Positions 1 through 9,252 of a DNA stretch of 34,632 bases are shown in pieces. The DNA comes from Bacteroidales bacterium. GTDB lineage: Bacteria > Bacteroidota > Bacteroidia > Bacteroidales > CAIWKO01. The position numbers and the translations under genes were made by a program. Within the stretch, counting starts at the first letter, position 1; each line of letters opens with the position of its first letter. The stretch lies in NCBI GenBank assembly GCA_035389045.1, contig DAOORA010000008.1, positions 62,001 through 96,632 on the forward strand, in the 5' to 3' direction. Below the pieces are notes generated by a model that was given only the letters and a program-made list of their open reading frames with translations, had not been told where the DNA came from and searched no databases.

Positions 1-1
1 A

Positions 2-1591
2 GCGCTTTTTGCCATCGGAACAAATGCGGTCAGGCCTCTTTTATCGTCAAATCCGGGTATTAATTGGTATAAAGCTGTAAATCCTCTATTATTTTTACAC
101 CTGAAAGAAAAGGGCAAAAAGGTCATACCTTATGATATTTTATTGAATGAGACACAAAGAATACTCGTCATTTCAGGCCCTAACGCCGGTGGTAAATCGG
201 TGTGTCTGAAGACCATCGGTTTACTGCAATATATGTTGCAATGCGGTTTTTTGATTCCGGTAAGGGAAGAGTCTGAAGCCGGCATATTTTCAGATATTTT
301 TATTGAGATCGGAGACGAACAATCCATTGAAAACGACCTGAGTACCTATAGTTCACATCTGCTGAACCTGAAATTTTTTATCGAACAGGTGAGCCCCACC
401 ACCATTTTTTTAATTGATGAGTTCGGAAGCGGCACCGAGCCTATACTGGGAGGAGCCATAGCTGAAGCCACCCTTGATGAACTGAACAGAAAACAATCTT
501 TTGGTGCGGTTACCACTCATTATTCCAATATCAAGGAATATGCTGCAAGAACCGACGGTATTATTAATGCTTCCATGCTGTTCGATACCCGCAAAATGCT
601 GCCCTTGTTCAGACTTTCCACCGGGAATCCGGGAAGCTCCTATGCCCTTGAAATTGCCGACAATATAGGTTTTCCCAGAGAAGTTACCGAAAAGGCCACC
701 AATATTGCAGGAACGGAACGTATTTCTTTCGAAAAACAAGTGAAGATCTTTGAAGCCGACAAAGAAGAGTTGGCACGGCAACAGGAAAAAGTAAAAATGG
801 CCGATGATTTTTTTTCGGAACTCATTGACAAGTATCAAAACCTGTTGTCTGAACTGGAATCTAAAAAGAAGTCCATATTACAGGAAGCGCGCGAACAAGC
901 GGTTCTGCTGATACAAAATGCCAATAAATCTATTGAAAATACCATCAGGCAAATCAAAGAAGCCGGAGCGGACAAAGAAAAAACCAGGCATATACGTGAC
1001 GAACTGGAAACGCTTAAAGAAGAAATAAATGCGGGTGCAGAAAACGGAAACAAAACTGAAAAAAAATGCTCACTCCCTAAAACGATTGCCGCCGGCCTTA
1101 AAACAGAGAAAGACAAAACACCGCCACAGCAAGGCAGTTTTGTTAAAATTAAAGGACAGCAGGTCATTGGTGAAATCATTGAACTCCATAACGATCTGGC
1201 ACTGGTTGTATTCGATAATACCCGTATGAAAATTCCGGTTTCCAGGCTGGAAGTGGCCGACAGCGCCGAGTATCAGACCGCTCTGAAACGCAAAACAAAA
1301 AGTAATTATCCTGACATAAATAAGTATCTTGACGAAAAAATCACTGAATTTAAAACGACCCTGGATGTCCGTGGAAAAAGAGCCGCAGAGATAAGTGAAA
1401 TAGTTGAACGGTATATTGATGATGCGCTGCTGTTAAAAGTTTATAATGTCAGGATTTTGCATGGAAAGGGTTATGGCGTGCTGCGAAAGATTATTCATGA
1501 ACTTCTTGCCCGGCACAAAAATGTGGTGTCTTATGAAAATGAACATATCGAACATGGCGGCGATGGCATCACGGTGGTGAGGCTGAAATAA
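2..1591 (+). CDS. mutS2: Endonuclease MutS2 with C-terminal Smr domain (5' end outside window)
   Basis: Frame is open from position 2. Walker A GPNAGGKS, IGDEQSIENDLSTYSSH, Walker B IDEFGSGT, coiled coil, Smr motifs LDVRG..HGKGYG..GGDG. Confidence 0.95.
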   Translation, partial: ALFAIGTNAVRPLLSSNPGINWYKAVNPLLFLHLKEKGKKVIPYDILLNETQRILVISGPNAGGKSVCLKTIGLLQYMLQCGFLIPVREESEAGIFSDIFIEIGDEQSIENDLSTYSSHLLNLKFFIEQVSPTTIFLIDEFGSGTEPILGGAIAEATLDELNRKQSFGAVTTHYSNIKEYAARTDGIINASMLFDTRKMLPLFRLSTGNPGSSYALEIADNIGFPREVTEKATNIAGTERISFEKQVKIFEADKEELARQQEKVKMADDFFSELIDKYQNLLSELESKKKSILQEAREQAVLLIQNANKSIENTIRQIKEAGADKEKTRHIRDELETLKEEINAGAENGNKTEKKCSLPKTIAAGLKTEKDKTPPQQGSFVKIKGQQVIGEIIELHNDLALVVFDNTRMKIPVSRLEVADSAEYQTALKRKTKSNYPDINKYLDEKITEFKTTLDVRGKRAAEISEIVERYIDDALLLKVYNVRILHGKGYGVLRKIIHELLARHKNVVSYENEHIEHGGDGITVVRLK

Positions 1592-1629
1592 ATTGGATTG
1601 ATTATTGATAACAAACAGAAAACTTTTTT

Positions 1630-2040
1630 ATGAAACATTTGTCTTATATTCTTCTGGTATTGATATTATTTGCAGTTCCTGCAAATATTTCCGGCCATAA
1701 ACATATTGTCACACAAAATGTGTCTAACGGTGTTTATATCCTTACGGATGAGAATTTTGATAAAACTATTAAAAACGGTGTCGTTTTGGTTGATTTTTGG
1801 GCAACGTGGTGCGGGCCATGCCGGATACTTGCTCCGATCATCGAAGAAATTGCTTCGGAAATTGGAAAGAAGGCTATAATTGCGAAAATGGATGTGGACA
1901 AGAACAAAATCACCTCTTACAAATACAACATACAATACCTCCCAACAATCATCATTTTCAGCAATGGCAAACCTGTGAGCCGTTTTGTGGGCCTTCAGAA
2001 CAAAGAGACACTGGTAAATGCAATTAACAATGTGCAATAA
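1630..2040 (+). CDS. trxA: Thioredoxin with N-terminal signal peptide
   Basis: DFWATWCGPC active site, LPT cis-Pro motif, hydrophobic leader MKHLSYILLVLILFAVPA. Confidence 0.88.
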   Translation: MKHLSYILLVLILFAVPANISGHKHIVTQNVSNGVYILTDENFDKTIKNGVVLVDFWATWCGPCRILAPIIEEIASEIGKKAIIAKMDVDKNKITSYKYNIQYLPTIIIFSNGKPVSRFVGLQNKETLVNAINNVQ

Positions 2041-2266
2041 CCTGAGGGATATTCGGGAGAAGTCTTTTATTACAACCATGTCAAAGATCGATACGGATAC
2101 AAAAAAATCTGCCCGGCAATGGTTTATTAGCAATTTTGGCTGGCAATGCTCCCCTGTTTTCTTTCCTTTAGGGGGCAGCCTTAGATGTATAGTTTCCGGT
2201 TCGCCGGGAACCCAAAAGAATCATAAATGAAACGTGTTGGTTTTAAACAAGTTGCATTAAATTAAG

Positions 2267-3145
2267 GTGGTTGCAAAAATTTTTAAACGTGTTTCTGATT
2301 TTTCTTCCCTGGTGAAAATTTCACATACGGTTTTTGCTATGCCCTTCGCTGTTATCGGATTTTTTCTTGCCATGAAAAACCTCCATGCTCCCTTTGACCT
2401 GAAAAGTTTTTTACTGATGGTGTTATGTATGTTCTTTGCACGTAATGCCGCTATGAGTTTCAACCGCATAATTGACAGGCATATTGACGGGAAAAACCCG
2501 CGTACCTGCGATCGTGACATTCCCTCCGGGAAAATAAAGGTGAAGCAGGCATATATCTTTTTGTTTATCAATATCTTATTATTTATTACCACGGCATTTT
2601 TTCTCAATTTTTTGTGTTTCATTTTATCTCCCGTAGCACTTGTCGTAATATTAGGTTATAGTTTTACAAAGCGTTTTACATACCTGTCGCATTTTGTTTT
2701 AGGGCTTGGTTTGTCCATGGCACCAATAGGTGCATATATGGCTCTTACAGCACAAATTGATTACCTTCCGTTGTTATATTCAGGAGCAGTACTGTTCTGG
2801 GTAAGCGGATTCGATATTATCTATTCGCTGAGTGATATTTCTTTTGATAAGAAACAAGGTCTTCATTCTATTCCGGAACACTTCGGAATAAACAGGGCAT
2901 TGATCATATCATGGATTTTGCATATGATCACCCTGCTCTTAATTATTGCTGCAGGAGTACTTTGTCCCAACGGAATATTGTTCTGGATCGGAACCCTAAT
3001 ATTTTCAGTTTTACTTTTTTATCAGCATTTAATTGTCAGTCCCGGTGATTTAAGCAGGATAAATCGCGCTTTTTTTACAGTGAATGGATTTTCAGGCCTT
3101 GTGTTTTTGTTGTTTTTTATGCTGGATATATTTTTGCAGAAATAA
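2267..3145 (+). CDS. UbiA-family polyprenyltransferase (MqnP-like)
   Basis: HTVFAMPFA, NRIIDRHIDGKNPRT..R.IPSG and GFDIIY...D...D aspartate motifs, multiple TM helices. GTG start. Confidence 0.9.
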   Translation: MVAKIFKRVSDFSSLVKISHTVFAMPFAVIGFFLAMKNLHAPFDLKSFLLMVLCMFFARNAAMSFNRIIDRHIDGKNPRTCDRDIPSGKIKVKQAYIFLFINILLFITTAFFLNFLCFILSPVALVVILGYSFTKRFTYLSHFVLGLGLSMAPIGAYMALTAQIDYLPLLYSGAVLFWVSGFDIIYSLSDISFDKKQGLHSIPEHFGINRALIISWILHMITLLLIIAAGVLCPNGILFWIGTLIFSVLLFYQHLIVSPGDLSRINRAFFTVNGFSGLVFLLFFMLDIFLQK

Positions 3146-3329
3146 AAAACACATCATCAATCCCATATTAACGTTGATGCCGGTATTTTGGTCATGTCCC
3201 TTGCTCTGCCAGCCTAGCGATGGTTAAGCGTGTTTGTAACGTGCATTAATAAACATCCCTTGTTAACTGCCCATGGCGGAACGGTGAAAAATTCTTACAC
3301 TATTCAATCATAAGTAGTTTAATTTTTAC

Positions 3330-3337
3330 TATTTTTG
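3330..3337 (+). promoter_or_regulatory. Bacteroidota -7 promoter element
   Basis: TATTTTTG(CA) matches TAnnTTTG, 27 nt before the TPR gene ATG. Confidence 0.6.
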
Positions 3338-3364
3338 CACAAATTAACAATTCCATAAATCATT

Positions 3365-4414
3365 ATGAAAAAAATTATCAGTGTTTTGTTATTTATTTCG
3401 CTCGGATTTGCTGTTTGGGCACAGGAAACACCTGTTGACACATTGTTTAAAGGCGACTATCAGGAAGCCGAAAAATTATATAACGAAGGTGTTAAACTCT
3501 ATGAAAATAAAAACTTTTTTGAAGCCATAAAGAAATTTGATGAAGCCATTGCGGCTAAGCCGGACTTTGAGAAGGCTTATTACAACAGGGGCATTGTGAA
3601 TCTTGAATTAAAAAGGTATTCCGAAGCGATCCCTGACTTTACAAAATCTGTGGAAATAATATCTTCTGCTAAGGCTTATTTCAGTAGAGGTAAAGCCCGA
3701 TTTGAACTTAAAGATCATGACAATGCCATAATAGATTTTACATATGCGCTGAATATAGATTCAAATCATGCCCAGGCATATTACTACCGGGGGGAAGCTT
3801 TTTTTGAGAAAAACGAATATCAGAAAGCCCTTAATGATTTTAATGCGGCAATAAGAATTAAGCCGGATTATGCTTATGCTTATAACGACAGGGGAAGTAC
3901 AAAAGTCAAACTTGAAAAATATGAGGAGGCCAAAGCCGATTACTTACTTGCAGCAACTATTAATCCGGATATGGTTTTTACATATAACAACCTGGGTAGT
4001 GTAAAAAAGAAATTGAAGGATTTTAACGGGGCTATCGAAGATTATACCAAAGCCATAAAAATGAAACCGGATTATTTTATGGCATATAACAACAGGGGGA
4101 CAACATATTTTGAACTCGGAGATTATCAGAATGCAATCATGGATTACAACCAGGCAATAAAACTAAACCCCGATTATTATTATGCCTATAATAACAGGGC
4201 AAACGCAAAATATAAACTCAAAGATTATGAAGGCGCAGTGGCGGATTACACCAAAGCTATTGAATTGAATCCCCAATACGGTTATGCCTATCTGAACCGG
4301 GGCATTTCTTATGAAATGCTGAGAAAACCCAACAACGCCTGTGCGGATTGGAAACAGGCGGCATCCTTGGGCATTACCTCTGCAGCCAGCTATAATAGTC
4401 TGCAATGTAAATAG
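3365..4414 (+). CDS. Exported tetratricopeptide-repeat protein
   Basis: Signal peptide followed by tandem 34-aa repeats AYxNRG...A..DY.KAI.L.P and the C-terminal ACADWKQAASLG cap. Confidence 0.92.
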   Translation: MKKIISVLLFISLGFAVWAQETPVDTLFKGDYQEAEKLYNEGVKLYENKNFFEAIKKFDEAIAAKPDFEKAYYNRGIVNLELKRYSEAIPDFTKSVEIISSAKAYFSRGKARFELKDHDNAIIDFTYALNIDSNHAQAYYYRGEAFFEKNEYQKALNDFNAAIRIKPDYAYAYNDRGSTKVKLEKYEEAKADYLLAATINPDMVFTYNNLGSVKKKLKDFNGAIEDYTKAIKMKPDYFMAYNNRGTTYFELGDYQNAIMDYNQAIKLNPDYYYAYNNRANAKYKLKDYEGAVADYTKAIELNPQYGYAYLNRGISYEMLRKPNNACADWKQAASLGITSAASYNSLQCK

Positions 4415-4439
4415 TATTTCATAATTTAAAAAACAGATC

Positions 4440-6497
4440 ATGAAAAAAATAAAAGTATTATTCATCATAGTGTTGATCGGATGGTTTGCTTTTAATTCAA
4501 CTGCTCAGAACGTTGAATTTGAAAAAAACAATTTTCCCGGAAGGGAAAAGGAATTTAAAGAAGCCCGTAATAGTTTCGTTACCGGGAGCAAGTATTATGA
4601 AATGGGAAAAGGTATGTACCTGACTGCGCTCGAATATCTGCTGGATGCCCAGAAATTCAATCCGGATAATGCAGACCTGAATTATATGATCGGGAACTGT
4701 TATTTGAATACGGTTCAGAAAACCAAGTCTATTGGTTATTTTGAAAAATCCCTGACGCTTAACCCCGGACTTTACAAGGATATTAAATTCCAACTGGCAA
4801 AAGGCTATCAGTTAAATTCCGAATTTGATAAGGCAATAAAGCTGTTAAACGAATATAAACAATCGTTATCTCCGGCGGACCTTGCCAAGAGTTCTGCAGA
4901 AATAGAAAAAAAGATCCAGGAGTGTAAAAACGGTAATGAGATGGTTAAAACATCTGCACGGGTTTTTATTGACAACCTGGGAGTAACAGTGAACTCGATA
5001 TATCCGGAATATTCACCCCTGATCAATGCTGACGAATCAGTCATGTTTTTTACCTCCAGACGCGATAATTCAACAGGCGGCAAAAAAGATGAAAACGACC
5101 AGGGCTATTTTGAAGATATTTATATCACCGAAAAAACTCCTTCCGGATGGACAACCCCGGTTAATCCTCCAAGCCCTTTGAATGGGAAATTACATGATGC
5201 CACGGTCGGGATTTCTCCCGACGGACAGACACTGCTTACTTATAAAGGAGTGAATGGAGGCGATATTTATGAGTGTAATCTTAAAGGAACTGATTGGTCA
5301 ACGCCGAAAAAAATTAGCGGAAATATTAATACGCAGTACCACGAGTCGGCAGCAACCATTTCGTATGATGGAAAGACCCTGTATTTTGTAAGCGACCGTC
5401 CCAATGGTTATGGCGGTAACGATATCTATCTGTCGCGAAAAGATAATAAAGGGAACTGGGGCGAACCTCAAAACCTGGGTGCAGTGATCAATACCCCATA
5501 TGATGAAGAAGGTGTATTTATTCATCCCGACGGAAAAACACTGTATTTCAGCTCGAAAGGGCACAACACTATGGGTGGCCTCGATATTTTCAAATCTGCT
5601 TATGAAAACGGCAAATGGAGTGAACCCGTCAACCTGGGATATCCTATTAACACCCCTGATGACGATGTGTTTTTCTCCATTTCAGCAAGCGGAGTCCACG
5701 GATATTATTCATCAGTGAAACAGGACGGTTTCGGAGGGCAGGATATTTATGTCATCACATTCTTAGGCCCTGAAAAACAATTGATCAATAATACCGAGGA
5801 TAATCTTTTAGCCAGCATTACGCAGCCGGTCAACGAAACCGTCATCGAACAGCCTGTCGAGATAAAAGAAAACCAGGTTACCATACTCAAGGGAATTGTG
5901 ATGGACGAAATCACCAAAAACCCGCTGGGCGCTTCTATCGAAGTAGTTGATAATACCATAAATGAAGTGATTGCCACTTATGAATCGAACAGCGCAACCG
6001 GCAAATACCTGATATCATTGCCTTCAGGAAAAAATTACGGAATAGCTGTAAAAGCGCCGAATTATCTGTTCCATTCCGAAAACATCAACATCCCCCCGTC
6101 AACATCTTACCGTGAGGTGGAAAAAAATATATATCTGAAAAAACTCGAAATCGGCAGTACCGTTGTTTTAAATAACATCTTCTTTGATTTTAACAAATAT
6201 TCGTTACGCTCCGAATCTGTACCGGAGTTGGAACGACTATTGAAATTCATGGTCGAATACCCGACGGTGAAAATTGAAATTTCCGGACATACCGATAACA
6301 TCGGTTCGGCTGCATATAACAAAACATTGTCTGAAAACCGCGCCAAAGCAGTGATGGATTACCTGGTTGACAAGGGTATGGATAAAAGCCGTATGGTTGC
6401 TATTGGTTTTGGTTTTGATAAACCTGTCGCCTCTAATGACACCGACGAAGGCCGGCAACTCAACAGAAGAACAGAGTTTAAGATATTAAGCAAGTAA
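4440..6497 (+). CDS. OmpA-family peptidoglycan-binding protein (TPR + PD40 propeller + carboxypeptidase-regulatory-like + OmpA_C; PorE-like)
   Basis: Signal peptide, TPR, PD40 repeats (SPDGQTL, SYDGKTLYFVSDR, HPDGKTLYFSS), OmpA motifs GHTDNIG, LSENRA, NRRTEF. Confidence 0.9.
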   Translation: MKKIKVLFIIVLIGWFAFNSTAQNVEFEKNNFPGREKEFKEARNSFVTGSKYYEMGKGMYLTALEYLLDAQKFNPDNADLNYMIGNCYLNTVQKTKSIGYFEKSLTLNPGLYKDIKFQLAKGYQLNSEFDKAIKLLNEYKQSLSPADLAKSSAEIEKKIQECKNGNEMVKTSARVFIDNLGVTVNSIYPEYSPLINADESVMFFTSRRDNSTGGKKDENDQGYFEDIYITEKTPSGWTTPVNPPSPLNGKLHDATVGISPDGQTLLTYKGVNGGDIYECNLKGTDWSTPKKISGNINTQYHESAATISYDGKTLYFVSDRPNGYGGNDIYLSRKDNKGNWGEPQNLGAVINTPYDEEGVFIHPDGKTLYFSSKGHNTMGGLDIFKSAYENGKWSEPVNLGYPINTPDDDVFFSISASGVHGYYSSVKQDGFGGQDIYVITFLGPEKQLINNTEDNLLASITQPVNETVIEQPVEIKENQVTILKGIVMDEITKNPLGASIEVVDNTINEVIATYESNSATGKYLISLPSGKNYGIAVKAPNYLFHSENINIPPSTSYREVEKNIYLKKLEIGSTVVLNNIFFDFNKYSLRSESVPELERLLKFMVEYPTVKIEISGHTDNIGSAAYNKTLSENRAKAVMDYLVDKGMDKSRMVAIGFGFDKPVASNDTDEGRQLNRRTEFKILSK

Positions 6498-6550
6498 GGA
6501 CAGACTGCGTAGTTACTGATTTACAGCAGCCTGCTGAATAAAAAACCGTG

Positions 6551-7792
6551 TTATTCGGTTACTTTTTCATTCAGAATATAGAGTTTATCTCCCCTGTGAA
6601 CAGGCGAATGTAACTGTATGGAACATACCTGGCCTTTACCGGCTGCAGAAACGGCTTGGTCGTCCATCCTGATTTCTTTTACAACATCTTCATAAACACC
6701 TGTGGTATTGCCGATAATAACTATTTCATCGCCCACAGACAAGGGCTGGGTTTCAACTTTAATGTCGGCCACTTTAATTTTTGAATAATAATTGGTGATT
6801 TTCCCGATATACACTTTTTCTTTGACGGCCCGTGATCCATAAACATTGTTCCATTCGCCCAGTGTCCGGCCCAGGTAGTAACCATCCCAGAAACCACGGT
6901 TATATACGGTTTTCAGCCTGTCGTTCCAGGCCTTTATTTTGGCTTCAGAATAGCTTCCGTCGGCAATACTGTTTATAGCCTCTTTATAACAGGCAGTAAC
7001 TGTTTTTACATAATCCGCAGACCGTCCACGGCCTTCAATTTTTAAGGTGGTGGCACCGGATTTAAGTACTTTATCCAGAAAACCTATGGTACACAGGTCC
7101 TTGGGCGACATGATGTATTCATTATCGATCTCCAGTTCGGTATCGCTTTCTTTGTCTTTTACAATATAGGCTCTGCGGCATAGCTGATAACAGGCGCCGC
7201 GGTTAGCAGAATGATTGTTTTCATGCAGGCTCAGGTAACACTTGCCCGAAACAGCCATGCATAATGCGCCGTGAACAAACACCTCTATCCTGACTAATTC
7301 GCCGGAAGGGCCTTTGATCTGTTCTCGTTCTATCTGCCTGACGATACCGGCAACATGGTCTAAATGCAGTTCACGGGCAGTAACCATCACATCGGAAAAC
7401 TGTGCATAAAACCGCACTGCATCAATATTGGTGATATTGCATTGGGTGGAAATATGCACCGGAATACCCAGGCGATGAGCCCGTTCAATCACGCAAAAGT
7501 CTGAAGCAATTACAGCATCAATACCGCTTTGTTTAACCGCCTCCAGAATTGCTGTTACCTCCTGAATTTCGGTATCATAAATAATTGTATTCAGTGTCAG
7601 ATAGGACTTGATATTGTTTTTACGGCAGATGGCAGTTATTTCATGAAGATCATTTATGGTGAAATTAACCGAAGAACGGGAACGCATATTTAAATTACCA
7701 ACACCGAAATATACAGCATCTGCTCCGCCTTGTATGGCAGCAGCCAGAGATTCAAAAGACCCCACCGGTGCAAGAAGTTCAATGTTGTTCAT
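6551..7792 (-). CDS. Peptidase U32 family protein (TrhP/RlhA-type RNA hydroxylation family)
   Basis: ELLAPVG, GADAVYFG, EVFVHGALCMAVSGKCYLS, NRGACYQLCR, KIEGRGR. Confidence 0.92.
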   Translation of the reverse strand: MNNIELLAPVGSFESLAAAIQGGADAVYFGVGNLNMRSRSSVNFTINDLHEITAICRKNNIKSYLTLNTIIYDTEIQEVTAILEAVKQSGIDAVIASDFCVIERAHRLGIPVHISTQCNITNIDAVRFYAQFSDVMVTARELHLDHVAGIVRQIEREQIKGPSGELVRIEVFVHGALCMAVSGKCYLSLHENNHSANRGACYQLCRRAYIVKDKESDTELEIDNEYIMSPKDLCTIGFLDKVLKSGATTLKIEGRGRSADYVKTVTACYKEAINSIADGSYSEAKIKAWNDRLKTVYNRGFWDGYYLGRTLGEWNNVYGSRAVKEKVYIGKITNYYSKIKVADIKVETQPLSVGDEIVIIGNTTGVYEDVVKEIRMDDQAVSAAGKGQVCSIQLHSPVHRGDKLYILNEKVTE

Positions 7793-7846
7793 GGATTTTT
7801 TTGTAAAGGTACAAACAAAAATATATACCGGATGGTTTTGCCCACC

Positions 7847-7944
7847 GACAATGGTACCAAATTAAACAGCACGTAAACATTTTAATCGGGACTTTTTGAC
7901 CGTGGAAACCACTTTAAACAGCACGCAACCATTTTTGATCGGAC
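7847..7944. repeat. Two imperfect tandem copies of a ~51-52 bp unit
   Basis: gacaatggtaccaaattaaacagcacgtaaacattttaatcgggac versus gaccgtggaaaccactttaaacagcacgcaaccatttttgatcggac. Identical core TTAAACAGCACG at 7862 and 7914. Confidence 0.7.
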
Positions 7945-8065
7945 CTGTAAGATCTCCCGTTTGCTGCGAATATATGCACGGCTATGGCAGTAAATTGTCA
8001 AGTACCATTATCATTCAACCCTTACAAATGAAGTTTTTTATAATTTTACCGGAAAATATTTTTTG

Positions 8066-8641
8066 ATGAAACAAATTTTAAAACTCAACATTCTTGCAGT
8101 TTGTATGATTATATCCTCATGTAAACCCTCTCCTCAAAAAGCTGAAAAATATTATGATAGTATCATCGTCCCGTTGGAAGAAGTATTCAGCAAAGAAGAA
8201 AAATTTATTGCGTTGATCAATAACGAAATGGACAAATCCGTCAACGATTCTACAATAATCTTAACTCTTATGGATACCATCCCTTGTGATACGGTCTGCC
8301 AGGAAATTGAAACAGCCTTCAGTGATCTGCAGCAGCAAATCAAAGTATCAAAGGACAAACTGGTATCCCTCCCTGATTTTGATAAACAAGACGATATTAA
8401 AAAATCGGCATTAGCCGTACTTGATGAGTATTCAATGATTTGTCTGAATGAATACCGGGAACTGATCAGTATTGTTAAAACACCGGAGAACAAGTATTCG
8501 CATGAAGATGACGACAGATTTCTCGAAATATCCGAAAAAATTGATAGTACCCTGCAGGAAAAAATAAGCACATTGATCAACGACTTAAAACTATTTGCGA
8601 AAAAATATAATTTTAAATTAAAAAAAGATACTATCTTATAA
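8066..8641 (+). CDS. Helical lipoprotein, hypothetical (paralog 1)
   Basis: Lipobox IISS-C, C-terminal FAKKYNFKL, similar to the next gene. ATG at 8066. Confidence 0.8.
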   Translation: MKQILKLNILAVCMIISSCKPSPQKAEKYYDSIIVPLEEVFSKEEKFIALINNEMDKSVNDSTIILTLMDTIPCDTVCQEIETAFSDLQQQIKVSKDKLVSLPDFDKQDDIKKSALAVLDEYSMICLNEYRELISIVKTPENKYSHEDDDRFLEISEKIDSTLQEKISTLINDLKLFAKKYNFKLKKDTIL

Positions 8642-8654
8642 ATTATTATAAATC

Positions 8655-9170
8655 ATGAAGATAAAATTATGTATAGCTCTTGGCATCTGTGCTCTTGTTT
8701 TGGTGTTTACATCCTGCGGTCCTTCAGGCGATGAAGCCATTGATTACAATGATAAAATCATAGACGAACAGACAAAGATCGTCGACAAAATAAACGTTTT
8801 ATATGAAACGATGAACCTATCTGAGCATCCTGAACAAATGCACGAAGCTTATAAGCACGCATTGATACAAATTGATTCCGGCGCTGAAAAAGTTTCGAAG
8901 ATGAATGATTTCGACGGGAACACCGGGATGCGCGAGGGAGCTGTGAAATTGTTTTCTATGTATAAGTCCGTGGTTCAGACCGAAATCAGGGCAATGATCG
9001 AAATCCTGGAGAAACCGGAAGCAGAGAACGCTGCTGAAACTGAATCCCGCTTCAATGAAATTCAGAATCTGGCTTTAAAAAAAATGGATGCAGGATTGGC
9101 TGAATTTCAGGAAGTTCAGTTAAAATTTGCAGATAAATATAATTTTGAGTTAACCCCGGTTGCGCAATAG
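8655..9170 (+). CDS. Helical lipoprotein, hypothetical (paralog 2)
   Basis: Lipobox VFTS-C, C-terminal FADKYNFEL, similar to the previous gene. Confidence 0.8.
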   Translation: MKIKLCIALGICALVLVFTSCGPSGDEAIDYNDKIIDEQTKIVDKINVLYETMNLSEHPEQMHEAYKHALIQIDSGAEKVSKMNDFDGNTGMREGAVKLFSMYKSVVQTEIRAMIEILEKPEAENAAETESRFNEIQNLALKKMDAGLAEFQEVQLKFADKYNFELTPVAQ

Positions 9171-9252
9171 GAATGTAGTTAACTATTGAGCAGTGGGTTG
9201 GATTGTGTATTGCATCTGGGCAATCCCGACGAAATAAAACTCAGGAAGCAGA

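Noticed and set aside
7847..7944. Possible mini-CRISPR array
   Set aside because: Only two degenerate units, the supposed spacer is part of the repeat, and there are no cas genes.
9197..9230. GTTGGATTG...CAATCCCGAC hairpin between convergent genes
   Set aside because: Weak imperfect stem. I cannot distinguish terminator, decayed repeat or chance.
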